35,328 nucleotides of DNA from an uncultured Roseburia sp. (GTDB lineage Bacteria > Bacillota > Clostridia > Lachnospirales > Lachnospiraceae). The position numbers and the translations under genes were made by a program. The stretch lies in NCBI GenBank assembly GCA_947385255.1, contig CANDKL010000001.1:1-35328 (forward strand), in the 5' to 3' direction. How positions within the stretch are numbered: position 1 is the stretch's first letter; every line of letters begins with the position of its first letter. Positions 26,630 to 35,328 of this stretch are shown one piece after another. The notes under the pieces were generated by a model. That model saw only the letters and a list, made by a program, of their open reading frames with translations, searched no databases and was not told the DNA's origin.

Positions 26630-27432
26630 TGCATTCCTCCTTTGGGACATTCGTCCAGCTGCCGTAATATTTTCATCACGCCGTTATTGTCATTGGAATC
26701 AGCGATATGCTTGGCCAGCGCCTTTAAATCGGGATGCCCGTTTGCCATGCAGTAGCTTTCCCCGCAGCTTTTTAACAGCTCCGCATCGTTTAGGTAGTCT
26801 CCGAATGCCATGCATTCTTCCGGAGAGATACCGTATTTCTGCTGGATGGCGGTGACGGCAACGCCTTTGTTGACCGTCCGGTTTGCAATGTCAATCCAGC
26901 TGTCTCCGGACAGTACGGCAGACAAATGTCCGGCTATTTGTGTAAAATGCCGGATAGCGGATTCGGCCATCCTTTGATCGACAAAGACAGCGATTTTCAC
27001 AATCGAATCCTGCAATGCGGCCTCGTATAAATCCGGTGTCTGCTGCAAATGGCTGTAATATTGGCGAACCTCCCGGAGAATATGCCCGTCCGCCGGCCGC
27101 ATATATGCGGAGCGGACGCCGCAGAGGACAGGGGTGGTTCCGCTTATGCGGTCAATCATAGCCAGGCAGCTCTTGATATCCGTTTTTTGCATTTCGTTCA
27201 GATAGATGACGTTGTTTTGTTCAAATACGATTCCGCCGTTTTCGGCGGCATAAATCAATTGATTTTGAATGGGGATAAAATCTTTGGCCAGAGTGTAATA
27301 TTGCCGGCCGCTTGCGATGACGGTTTTGATGGAGGGGTGCATTCTGACCCAGTCCATAAAGTCGGGCGGCTGGTTCTTGTCCGAATCCAGTAGGGTTCCG
27401 TCCATATCCAGTGCGACAAGTCTGATATCCAT
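26626..27432 (-). CDS. Cof-type HAD-IIB family hydrolase (phosphatase)
   Basis: DMDGTLL, ASGR, NKG, FGDYLND, MANG. ATG 27432 follows AAAGGAGA. Confidence 0.9.
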   Translation of the reverse strand: MDIRLVALDMDGTLLDSDKNQPPDFMDWVRMHPSIKTVIASGRQYYTLAKDFIPIQNQLIYAAENGGIVFEQNNVIYLNEMQKTDIKSCLAMIDRISGTTPVLCGVRSAYMRPADGHILREVRQYYSHLQQTPDLYEAALQDSIVKIAVFVDQRMAESAIRHFTQIAGHLSAVLSGDSWIDIANRTVNKGVAVTAIQQKYGISPEECMAFGDYLNDAELLKSCGESYCMANGHPDLKALAKHIADSNDNNGVMKILRQLDECPKGGMQ

Positions 27433-27523
27433 TCTTGCATCTCCTTTCGATTGGGGGTGTGAGGGTTCGCGGCGGGAAGCATGCCGCAAAGCAAAAAGAA
27501 ACAGATGGAAAAAGGCAGGAGAA

Positions 27524-28441
27524 TTATTTCTCCCGCCATTGCTCTCTGTTCTGATTGGACCATACAACCTGATTGCGGCCTAACTGCTTGGCCTCGTACA
27601 GCATGGTGTCTGCCAGCTTTAAATAGTTTTCCAGCTTATCTCCCATCCGGGGAACCAATGTAATACCGCCGATACTGATGGTGACCCATGGGCTTACCGG
27701 AGAGTTGTGAGGAATGTGCAGATCCTCGATCGACTGGCGTACTGTTTTCATAAATTCAAAGGCAGGTACCCCCTGATTCCCCATGAATACAGCTACAAAT
27801 TCCTCTCCGCCGTACCGTGCGAACAAATCGGTGGAACGCTGAAAAAAGGAGGCTGCTTTTTTGGCTACGGCAATAATGACCTCATCTCCTGCCGGATGGC
27901 CGAAGGTATCGTTGTACAGCTTGAACTTATCAATGTCAAACATGCAGATCGAGAAGGGGATCTCAAAGCGCTTGGCCTCTTGCCAGCGGGAAACGCTTGC
28001 ATCCTCATAGTACCGACGGTTGGCGACTCCGGTGAGCTCGTCGATCATGGCCTGTCTTTTGAATTGTATCTGGTAGCGGTAGAGCTGAACATGGGTGTTC
28101 ACCCGTGCCTTGACAATGCTGGGATTGAAGGGCTTGGTGATGTAGTCAACTGCACCGAGCAAAAGCCCGCGCTCCTCATATTGTGAGTCAGACAGGCTGG
28201 TGATGAGAATCACCGGCACATAGCGGGTAGAGTCTATGCTTTTTAGCTTCTGCAGAAGCATAAAGCCGTCCATCTTAGGCAGCACAACGTCCAGCAGAAT
28301 CAGAGAAAATTCATTTTTGATCGCGGTTTCCATACCTTCCTCTGCAGTGTGGCAGGCAGTGAGCTCATAGTCGTCCTTTAAAATCGAACACAAATATTCA
28401 CTTTGAACCGCACTGTCATCAATTACTAAAATTTTATCCAT
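27524..28441 (-). CDS. Response-regulator diguanylate cyclase (REC-GGDEF)
   Basis: Intact REC domain (VIDD, LLD, ITS, KPF) plus DELTG..NRR, DID.FK.YNDTFGH..GD, I-site RSTD and RYGGEEF. Confidence 0.92.
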   Translation of the reverse strand: MDKILVIDDSAVQSEYLCSILKDDYELTACHTAEEGMETAIKNEFSLILLDVVLPKMDGFMLLQKLKSIDSTRYVPVILITSLSDSQYEERGLLLGAVDYITKPFNPSIVKARVNTHVQLYRYQIQFKRQAMIDELTGVANRRYYEDASVSRWQEAKRFEIPFSICMFDIDKFKLYNDTFGHPAGDEVIIAVAKKAASFFQRSTDLFARYGGEEFVAVFMGNQGVPAFEFMKTVRQSIEDLHIPHNSPVSPWVTISIGGITLVPRMGDKLENYLKLADTMLYEAKQLGRNQVVWSNQNREQWREK

Positions 28442-28463
28442 AAGAAATCCTTTCTGTTTTGAT

Positions 28464-29345
28464 TTAATTTTGGCCGCGTCTTCCGCCGTTCAGATCCTGT
28501 GCTACGTATACGGCTGTCCGGGGCAGATCGTCATTTCCCGTGCGGGCCAGTATGGTAGAAGCGCGTACCCAGCTCCAGCTATTGGGCTCTGCGCCGGATT
28601 CATTGGACAGCCTGCGATACTCGAATACCACACAGGGATTCCACCAGCGCAGGCTGCTTTTCAGATTCTGCAAATCCATGGTCTGCAGGTATTCCTCCTG
28701 ATCGTCCGGGTGGATAAAGTGGCTGGCGTAGATGTTCAGGGCAGCGGTGTAGTTCACATTGTCGCCCAGCACGTCTTTCACATGGCCGAGCTGGGTAACG
28801 GTGCGGAAGGTATCCTGTTCCAGATTCACGTAGTAGGTAGAAAAAAACAGGCTGCTTAAGCTGCTGATGATGTACGTCCGATCCTCCAGATCGCGGAGCA
28901 TTTCCTGGCTCTGGGACATCAGCCCTTCCCGCTGTACCCCTTCCCGGAGCAGGTCGTCAACATCCTTTACGCACAGGGTGACAAAACGGGATTCCCCGTG
29001 GCGATCCGGAATGACCTCCAGCAGATTCCAGCGAAAGCCGCTGCCAGCCTTTCGGCGGTAGATCATGGAAAGCGTCTTCTGTTCTCCGGCAGAGGCCTGG
29101 CGCAGCTGATCCAGTCGGGTGAAGGTGACAAAGCGCTCTGCATCCTGCCAGTGGACGTTGCCGTCCAGGGCAAATCTGGCCAGCTGCTCGGTAACGGGAC
29201 CTTCCGCAGGCTGCCAGCCCTCCGGATCGGATTTGAGTATGGTGCATCGGTTGCGATCCAGATCCACGCGGAAAATTTTCCGGTATGTAAAGCCGTCTGT
29301 TTCAGTTACAGACGTTAAAAACAGTTCGCGATCATTTGTTTCCAC
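28464..29345 (-). CDS. Stand-alone tandem PAS/PAC-like sensor protein
   Basis: Two repeats with VHWQD/IHPDD, YRR, W.. and terminal (K/Q)D(V/L) PAC-type motifs; no output domain. GTG start after GGAGGT. Confidence 0.65.
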   Translation of the reverse strand: METNDRELFLTSVTETDGFTYRKIFRVDLDRNRCTILKSDPEGWQPAEGPVTEQLARFALDGNVHWQDAERFVTFTRLDQLRQASAGEQKTLSMIYRRKAGSGFRWNLLEVIPDRHGESRFVTLCVKDVDDLLREGVQREGLMSQSQEMLRDLEDRTYIISSLSSLFFSTYYVNLEQDTFRTVTQLGHVKDVLGDNVNYTAALNIYASHFIHPDDQEEYLQTMDLQNLKSSLRWWNPCVVFEYRRLSNESGAEPNSWSWVRASTILARTGNDDLPRTAVYVAQDLNGGRRGQN

Positions 29346-29443
29346 AATTTTTACCTCCGTAATATCAATAGGGCTTCTTCTCTGTTTCGGCAGACAGGAC
29401 AGGAAAGACGTAAATGTTTGTCACAGTCTAAAAATACGTTCTT

Positions 29444-29472
29444 ATTGTATCATAAACAGGAATGCAAATCAA
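29444..29472 (-). promoter_or_regulatory. sigma-A promoter for the PAS/REC-GGDEF unit
   Basis: On the minus strand: TTGATT (29472-29467), 17 bp ending TGA, TACAAT (29449-29444); extended -10. Confidence 0.6.
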
Positions 29473-29511
29473 TCGGCCCGTCACAACTATTTTTAAATAA
29501 GATAGTTCTGC

Positions 29512-29541
29512 TTGACAATATACCCTACAGGGGTATATAAT
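29512..29541 (+). promoter_or_regulatory. csoR-copA promoter with a CsoR operator
   Basis: TTGACA (29512-29517), 18 bp, TATAAT (29536-29541). The spacer holds the palindrome ATATACCCTACAGGGGTATAT, the classic CsoR TACCC-n-GGGGTA box. Confidence 0.85.
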
Positions 29542-29573
29542 GTCTACGAAACAGAGAAAGGGAAGGTATAAAA

Positions 29574-29879
29574 ATGAGCGAAGAACGGGAATGCTGTTCC
29601 AGTAAGACAAAGAAACGGTCTGAGCCGGAATACAAGGATCTCATCCACCGCTTAAACCGCATTGAGGGTCAGGTGCGCGGGATTAAGGGAATGGTGGAGC
29701 GCGACGCCTACTGTACGGATATTCTGGTGCAGGTAGCGGCTGTGAATGCCGCGTTAAACAGCTTTAACCGTGTGCTTCTGGCGAACCATATGAAAACCTG
29801 CGTGATACAGGACATCAAGGAGGGCCGGGAGGAAACGGTAGAGGAGCTTCTCGCCACACTTCAGAAGCTGATGAAATAA
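29574..29879 (+). CDS. csoR: Copper-sensing repressor CsoR
   Basis: [21 protein letters not shown]...C (Cys-His-Cys copper ligands); next to its operator and copA. Confidence 0.9.
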   Translation: MSEERECCSSKTKKRSEPEYKDLIHRLNRIEGQVRGIKGMVERDAYCTDILVQVAAVNAALNSFNRVLLANHMKTCVIQDIKEGREETVEELLATLQKLMK

Positions 29880-29901
29880 AAACAGGAACAGAGGTGATAG
29901 T

Positions 29902-32427
29902 ATGCAGCAATACAATGTAACGGGAATGAGCTGCGCCGCCTGCAGCAGCCGCGTGGAAAAGTCGGTCGGAAAGGTGCCGGGCGTGGACTCCTGTTCGGTG
30001 AGCCTTCTGACGAACTCCATGGGCGTGGAGGGTACGGCGGACGAGGCGGCCATTATCCGGGCAGTCGAGGAGGCCGGATACGGCGCATCCGTAAAGGGAA
30101 AAGAGAAAGGCGGCGCCGGTACGGCCCGGACCGCAGGCGCAGAGGATATGCTAAAGGATACGGAGACGCCGGTGCTAAGGCGCAGGCTGCTTGCCTCCGT
30201 GGGCTTTCTTCTGGCGCTGATGTATGTGTCTATGGGACATATGATGTGGGGCTGGCCCCTGCCGGCTGTTTTGGCAGAGAATCATGTGGCCATGGGGCTT
30301 TTGCAGCTGCTTTTGACGGGTATCGTTATGGTCATTAACCAGAAATTTTTTATAAGCGGCTTTAAAAGCCTGTTCCGGCTTTCGCCGAATATGGATACGC
30401 TTGTGGCGCTTGGCTCGGCGGCGTCCTTCGTGTACAGCACCTATGCGCTGTTTGCGATGACCGACGCGCAGCTCAGGGGAGACGCTTCTGCGGTTATGGC
30501 ATATATGCATGAGTTTTACTTTGAATCCGCAGCTATGATTTTAACGCTGATTACCGTTGGAAAAATGCTTGAGGCAAGGTCAAAGGGCAGGACAACCGAC
30601 GCCTTAAAAAGCTTGATCCGGCTTTCGCCGAAGAAAGCAACCATCCTGCAGGACGGCGTAGAAGCCGAGGTCCCCATTGAGCAGGTAAAAAAAGGAGATG
30701 TATTCGTCGTACGTCCCGGAGAGCATATTCCGGTGGACGGGGTAGTATTAGAAGGCAGCAGCGCCGTAAATGAAGCGGCCCTGACCGGGGAGAGCATTCC
30801 GGCAGATAAGGCCGCGGGGGACCGCGTATCTGCGGCAACGGTCAACCAGTCCGGATTTTTAAAATGCGAGGCAGTCCGGGTGGGTGAGGATACGACGCTT
30901 GCGCAGATTATTCAGCTGGTCAGCGATGCGGCGGCGACAAAAGCGCCAATCGCCAAGGTGGCGGATAAGGTTTCGGGTGTTTTTGTTCCGATTGTCATTG
31001 GCATTGCAGTCCTTACCACGCTTGTTTGGCTGTTTGCCGGAGCAGGCATCGGCTTTGCGCTGGCTAGGGGGATTTCCGTACTGGTCATCAGCTGTCCGTG
31101 CGCCTTAGGGCTTGCCACGCCGGTTGCCATTATGGTAGGAAACGGCATCGGCGCCAAAAACGGAATTATGTTCAAAACGGCGGTTTCTTTGGAAGAGGCC
31201 GGGAAAATACAGATTGTGGCGCTGGATAAAACGGGCACAATCACAACAGGAGAGCCGGTTGTTACAGATCTGCTGCCTGCGGAGGGAGTTGCGGAGGAGG
31301 CGCTTTTGCGGCTGGCGGCGTCCTTAGAGCAAAAGAGCGAGCATCCTCTGGCGGCCGCGGTTTTAAGCTGTGCAGGGGAGAAAGGCTTAAAACCAGACGA
31401 GGTGGAGGATTTTACCGCAGTCGCGGGAAACGGCCTGTCCGCAGCCCTGGGGGGAAAGCGGCTCTGGGGCGGCAATCAGGCCTATATCAGCCGCTTTAGC
31501 ACGATTCCGCAGAGGCTTTTCGCACAGGCAGAGCGTCTGGCGGAGGAAGGAAAAACGCCGCTGTTTTTTGCGGAGGAGGGGAAATTTGCGGGCATCATTG
31601 CCGTAGCGGATGTACCGAAGGAGGAAAGTCCTGCGGCTGTCCGGGAGCTTAAGAACATGGGCATCCGCGTCGTGATGCTGACCGGGGACAACGAGCGTAC
31701 CGCGAGGGCAATCGGAAGAAAGGCCGGCGTGGACGAGGTTATTGCCGGCGTACTGCCGGAGGGCAAGGAGCAGGTCATCCGCTCCCTCAAAAAGCAGGGC
31801 AGGACCGCGATGGTCGGAGACGGCATCAACGATGCGCCTGCTCTGACCAGGGCGGATATCGGAATTGCAATCGGCGCGGGAACGGATATTGCGATTGAGG
31901 CGGCGGACGTGGTATTGATGAAGAGCAGGCTAAACGATGTGCCCGCCGCGATTCGCTTGAGCCGGGCGACGCTTAAAAATATCCATGAAAATCTGTTCTG
32001 GGCATTTATTTACAATATCATCGGTATTCCGCTTGCAGCCGGAGTCTGGATTCCGATATTTGGCATTCAGCTAAACCCGATGTTTGCGGCAGCGGCAATG
32101 AGCTTATCAAGCTTCTGCGTCGTGACCAATGCATTGCGTTTAAATTTGCTGCAGGTTTACAATGCGGCAAAGGATAAAAAAATCAAATCAAACAAGAAAA
32201 CGGAGGATGTAAAAACCATGGAAAAAACAATGAAAATCGAAGGTATGATGTGCGGACACTGCGAGGCAAGGGTAAAAAAGGCATTAGAAGGCATAGAGGG
32301 CGTTACAGAAGCGGCAGTCATCCATGAAAAGGGGACGGCGGTAGTGAGATTAAGCGGCCCCGTTACAGATGAGGCGCTGAAACAGGCTGTGGAAGAGCAG
32401 GATTATACGGTAGTTTCCGTAGAATAA
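29902..32427 (+). CDS. copA: Cu(I)-translocating P1B-type ATPase with N- and C-terminal HMA domains
   Basis: [33 protein letters not shown] and MSLSS; C-terminal GMMCGHC domain. Confidence 0.95.
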   Translation: MQQYNVTGMSCAACSSRVEKSVGKVPGVDSCSVSLLTNSMGVEGTADEAAIIRAVEEAGYGASVKGKEKGGAGTARTAGAEDMLKDTETPVLRRRLLASVGFLLALMYVSMGHMMWGWPLPAVLAENHVAMGLLQLLLTGIVMVINQKFFISGFKSLFRLSPNMDTLVALGSAASFVYSTYALFAMTDAQLRGDASAVMAYMHEFYFESAAMILTLITVGKMLEARSKGRTTDALKSLIRLSPKKATILQDGVEAEVPIEQVKKGDVFVVRPGEHIPVDGVVLEGSSAVNEAALTGESIPADKAAGDRVSAATVNQSGFLKCEAVRVGEDTTLAQIIQLVSDAAATKAPIAKVADKVSGVFVPIVIGIAVLTTLVWLFAGAGIGFALARGISVLVISCPCALGLATPVAIMVGNGIGAKNGIMFKTAVSLEEAGKIQIVALDKTGTITTGEPVVTDLLPAEGVAEEALLRLAASLEQKSEHPLAAAVLSCAGEKGLKPDEVEDFTAVAGNGLSAALGGKRLWGGNQAYISRFSTIPQRLFAQAERLAEEGKTPLFFAEEGKFAGIIAVADVPKEESPAAVRELKNMGIRVVMLTGDNERTARAIGRKAGVDEVIAGVLPEGKEQVIRSLKKQGRTAMVGDGINDAPALTRADIGIAIGAGTDIAIEAADVVLMKSRLNDVPAAIRLSRATLKNIHENLFWAFIYNIIGIPLAAGVWIPIFGIQLNPMFAAAAMSLSSFCVVTNALRLNLLQVYNAAKDKKIKSNKKTEDVKTMEKTMKIEGMMCGHCEARVKKALEGIEGVTEAAVIHEKGTAVVRLSGPVTDEALKQAVEEQDYTVVSVE
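32218..32427 (+). CDS. Possible internally initiated CopZ-like copper chaperone (69 aa, in frame within copA)
   Basis: GGAGG at 32202-32206 in an A-rich linker, with an in-frame ATG at 32218 exactly at the start of the C-terminal HMA domain. Confidence 0.45.
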   Translation: MEKTMKIEGMMCGHCEARVKKALEGIEGVTEAAVIHEKGTAVVRLSGPVTDEALKQAVEEQDYTVVSVE

Positions 32428-32442
32428 ACGAGGTGAACTTTT

Positions 32443-33123
32443 TTGGAACCAAAAATGACCATTATGCTGGTGGAGGACGACGCGGCCCTCTCGGAGGAGA
32501 TTCGGCAGTTTTTGGAAAAATGGGGGTATCAGGCGGTGATAGCAGAGCGGTTTGATGATATTGTATCGGAGTATTCCGCCTGCCTGCCGCAGCTGATTTT
32601 AATGGATATTAATCTTCCCTGTTTTGACGGATTTTACTGGTGCAAAATGATCCGCAGGGTTTCGGATATCCCGATTATTTATATCAGCAGCAGGAATGAT
32701 GACCGGGACAAAATCATGGCGATTGCCCAGGGCGGGGACGACTATGTGGAAAAGCCGTTCCATCTGGACTTGCTGAGGGCCAAAATCGAAGCGGTTTTAA
32801 GAAGGACCTATCAGTATAAGGTGACGGGACGGCAGTACTTAGGGCAGGAAGCTTTTTTTGAGGAGGCCGCCTCTTTGGTGGTGTGCCGCGGCACAAAGCA
32901 GACGCTGACGAAATCAGAGTGCAAAATTGTGGCAAAGCTATTGGAGAGAAGGCCGCAGATTGTGACGCGGGAGGAGCTGATGATGGAGCTGTGGAGTACG
33001 GATGAATTTGTTTCGGACGGAACGCTGACCACACTGGTGTGCCGGCTTCGGAACAAGCTAAAGAGCGTATGCGGCGATGAGGTAATTGGCACAAAGAAAG
33101 GGCAGGGGTATTATATTGCATGA
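32443..33123 (+). CDS. OmpR-family response regulator (BceR/GraR-like)
   Basis: VEDD, LMDINLP.FDGFYWC, GGDDYVEKPF, winged-helix C-terminus. TTG start after GAGGTG. Confidence 0.92.
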   Translation: MEPKMTIMLVEDDAALSEEIRQFLEKWGYQAVIAERFDDIVSEYSACLPQLILMDINLPCFDGFYWCKMIRRVSDIPIIYISSRNDDRDKIMAIAQGGDDYVEKPFHLDLLRAKIEAVLRRTYQYKVTGRQYLGQEAFFEEAASLVVCRGTKQTLTKSECKIVAKLLERRPQIVTREELMMELWSTDEFVSDGTLTTLVCRLRNKLKSVCGDEVIGTKKGQGYYIA

Positions 33124-34124
33124 CCTATTGGAAAAAAATCAGAAAACAGGCGCTGTTTCTGGGCTTTTTGTGCCTTTCCTATAATCTCTATTTCCTTTTC
33201 CTGCTTCCGGAGGTCAACCGCAGTTACCTCTGGTATCTCGATGCGCTGCTGGCGGTGTGCTGCCTGTTTTACGGCGGGGCCGGATATGCTGTTTACAGAG
33301 GGAGGCAGGCAAGAAAACAGAAGCTTTTACAGTCTGATACGGTTATCTGCGGGCTCCTTGCGGAGCTTGACGGCTATGAGTCTGCAGGGCATGATAGCTA
33401 TGAGATTGCAGAGCATGATGTAAGGGTGCTGACCGCACAGCTTGAAAAGCAGCAGGAGCAGAACCGCGATCTGCAGGACTATATTACAAAATGGTGCCAT
33501 GAGGTGAAGGCTCCGCTGTCTGCAAGCCTTCTGATGGTTCAGAAAATTGAGGACGGAGGGCTGCGCTATTCGCTGCAGGAGCAGTTAGAACGCATCAACA
33601 TGCAGCTCAACTCCGCGCTGCTAGGCTGCAAGGTACAGGGCAGCCTGTTTGACATTCAGGTAAAGCCGGTAAGCCTTTTGGAGTGTGTGCGGGCCTCTGT
33701 CCACAACAATCAGTTTTTCCTGATCAAAAATCATTTTGCGATCAAGATAGATGTGGAGGACGTAAAAATTTATACCGATAAGGGCTGGTTTGTGTATATC
33801 CTCGATCAGCTGCTTAGCAATGCCGTGAAATATGCCGTGCAGCCGGCCTCACTTAAGCTGTGGAGTGTGAAGGAGGAAGAGTCGGTATGCCTGTTTGTCG
33901 AGGATCACGGCGAGGGGATACGGGCGGAGGATATCCGCAGGATTTTTGAAAAGGGCTACACCGGGAGCAGTCATCACAACGGCCGGTATCAATCAACCGG
34001 AATGGGGCTCTATATGACAGCGAAGATTGCAGAGCGGCTTTTGCACGGGATTTCGGTGGAAAGCGAGCCGATGGCATATACCAGATTTGCGGTTCGGGCA
34101 AGGCTTGCGGAGGCAGCCCGGTAA
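33120..34124 (+). CDS. Intramembrane-sensing histidine kinase (BceS/GraS-like)
   Basis: Two closely spaced TM helices, H-box WCHEVKAP, N-box QLLSNAVKY, DHGEGI, FEKGYTG, STGMGLY. Confidence 0.9.
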   Translation: MTYWKKIRKQALFLGFLCLSYNLYFLFLLPEVNRSYLWYLDALLAVCCLFYGGAGYAVYRGRQARKQKLLQSDTVICGLLAELDGYESAGHDSYEIAEHDVRVLTAQLEKQQEQNRDLQDYITKWCHEVKAPLSASLLMVQKIEDGGLRYSLQEQLERINMQLNSALLGCKVQGSLFDIQVKPVSLLECVRASVHNNQFFLIKNHFAIKIDVEDVKIYTDKGWFVYILDQLLSNAVKYAVQPASLKLWSVKEEESVCLFVEDHGEGIRAEDIRRIFEKGYTGSSHHNGRYQSTGMGLYMTAKIAERLLHGISVESEPMAYTRFAVRARLAEAAR

Positions 34125-34125
34125 T

Positions 34126-34189
34126 TGTAAGATTGCAGCCCGTTTTGTAATGTTTATGTAAGGATTTTTCCCGGCGCATCTTCTATAAT
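34126..34189 (+). promoter_or_regulatory. Response-regulator-dependent promoter of the ABC operon
   Basis: TGTAA repeats at 34126, 34146 and 34157, then TATAAT at 34184-34189 with no good -35. Confidence 0.55.
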
Positions 34190-34214
34190 AGGCTGCGTAA
34201 GGAGGATGAATGAC

Positions 34215-34976
34215 ATGAATGAACAAAAAGTAGTTGAAATCAAAAATCTGGTAAAAAATTACGGCACGAGCGGCTTTTGCACGACGGTTTTAAAGGGGAT
34301 TGATTTGGAGATCCAAAGGAATGACTTTATCGCCATTATGGGGCCGAGCGGTTCGGGAAAGACAACGCTTCTCAATATCCTTTCCACGATTGATAAACCG
34401 ACGCAGGGAAGGGTCATGCTGGACGGAGTGGATATTACAAAGGTATCCAACCGGGATTTGTCCAAAATCAGGCGGGATAAAATCGGATTTATTTTTCAGG
34501 ATTACAATCTGCTGGACACCATGACGCTGCAGGATAACATTGCTCTGCCGCTGTCTCTAAACGGCGCGTCGGGCAGGGAATGCATCCAAAAATCAGAGGC
34601 GCTTGCCCAGATGTTCGGGCTTAAGGGCCATCTGCGGAAATTTCCGTATCAGCTCTCCGGCGGGCAGAAGCAAAGGGGAGCGGCGTGCCGGGCACTGATT
34701 ACCAATCCGGAAATTATTTTTGCGGACGAACCGACTGGAGCTCTTGATTCACGGTCCAGTAAGGAGCTCTTGGAGTGCTTAAAAATGGTAAACGACAACG
34801 GTCAGGCGACGATTCTGATGGTAACGCACGACGCGTTTTCCGCATCCTATGCAAAGGACGTCTATATTTTAAGCGACGGGCAGATCCAGTGCCGCTTAAG
34901 CAAGGGGAAGGACCGCAGGGAATTTTACGATAAAATCATTGATATGCAGGCTTCCATGGGAGGTGATTTTGCATGA
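34215..34976 (+). CDS. ABC transporter ATP-binding protein (BceA/LolD-like)
   Basis: GPSGSGKTT, IGFIFQDYNLL, LSGGQKQR, FADEPTGALD, VTHD. ATG 34215 is best spaced from TAAGGAGG (alternative 34206). Confidence 0.92.
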   Translation: MNEQKVVEIKNLVKNYGTSGFCTTVLKGIDLEIQRNDFIAIMGPSGSGKTTLLNILSTIDKPTQGRVMLDGVDITKVSNRDLSKIRRDKIGFIFQDYNLLDTMTLQDNIALPLSLNGASGRECIQKSEALAQMFGLKGHLRKFPYQLSGGQKQRGAACRALITNPEIIFADEPTGALDSRSSKELLECLKMVNDNGQATILMVTHDAFSASYAKDVYILSDGQIQCRLSKGKDRREFYDKIIDMQASMGGDFA

Positions 34977-35328
34977 GTATGATAAAACTGGCGATGCAGA
35001 ATTTTAAAAGCAGCTTTAAAAATTATCTGGCGATTATCGTATCGCTGGCGTTTACGATTCTAATCTTCCAGAATTTTCAGAATATCCTCTGCTCGGATCT
35101 GTTCGACGTGCTGGATGAGCATAACCGGGAATTTATCGACATACTGGTGCGGGTCGTTTCCTTTGTGCTGGGCTGCTTTATGTTTTTCTTTCTGTGGTAT
35201 GCGACCAATGTGTTTTTGACCAGGCAGAAAAAGGAAATCGGAATCTATGTATTTATGGGCTTAAGCAATCAGAAAATCGGCAAGCTCTATATGATTGAAA
35301 CGTCGTTAATCGGACTGTCCGCACTGGT
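34973..35328 (+). CDS. ABC transporter permease (BceB/FtsX-like), 3' truncated by the window
   Basis: ATGA overlap with the ATPase; MSMIKLAMQNFKSSFKNYL...FLWYATNVFLTRQKKEIGIYVFMGLS..KI..L..IE pattern; frame open to the window end. Confidence 0.85.
   Translation, partial: MSMIKLAMQNFKSSFKNYLAIIVSLAFTILIFQNFQNILCSDLFDVLDEHNREFIDILVRVVSFVLGCFMFFFLWYATNVFLTRQKKEIGIYVFMGLSNQKIGKLYMIETSLIGLSAL

Noticed and set aside
29346-29440. c-di-GMP riboswitch in the leader of the PAS/diguanylate cyclase unit
   Set aside because: It lacks the GCAAA/GNRA tetraloop-receptor pattern of c-di-GMP-I and any clear class II features.
465-34524. Many antisense and alternative-frame ORFs in the six-frame track (e.g. 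465-1076, 7530-8153, 10340-10951, 23685-24473)
   Set aside because: They are shadow ORFs overlapping well-supported genes, with no RBS or recognisable motifs.

Overview
This is a mostly housekeeping chromosomal region from a moderately GC-rich Firmicute. Gene content, gene order and the AGGAGG/sigma-A signals suggest a Lachnospiraceae-like clostridium (inference). In order it holds: a truncated ABC-permease-like gene; DUF512 radical SAM-der-plsY-gpsA-dut; an msmX-like ATPase with a CdaR/PucR regulator; an unannotated 57-aa ORF; a phosphoglucomutase; an amidase and a cyclophilin; divergent kdgK/uxaC; tRNA-Thr(GGT); a small helical protein; a foldase lacking its parvulin domain, DUF4250 and a GH13 hydrolase; crt-proC; an aminotransferase and mutY; glf and a GT2; a PAS/REC-GGDEF/HAD/ceramidase-like/SIS cluster; csoR-copA; and a Bce-like two-component system with its ABC transporter. 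I see no CRISPR array, prophage, integrase or transposase. The most notable items are: (1) an in-frame internal RBS+ATG in copA that could release a free CopZ-like chaperone; (2) a 199-bp MITE-like element with 25-bp terminal inverted repeats; (3) four phased 17-bp palindromes upstream of msmX-cdaR; (4) an inverted-repeat-flanked divergent promoter block between the c-di-GMP and copper operons; and (5) a stand-alone tandem-PAS protein beside a REC-GGDEF with no cognate kinase. All calls come from motif recognition by eye; no database searches were run.
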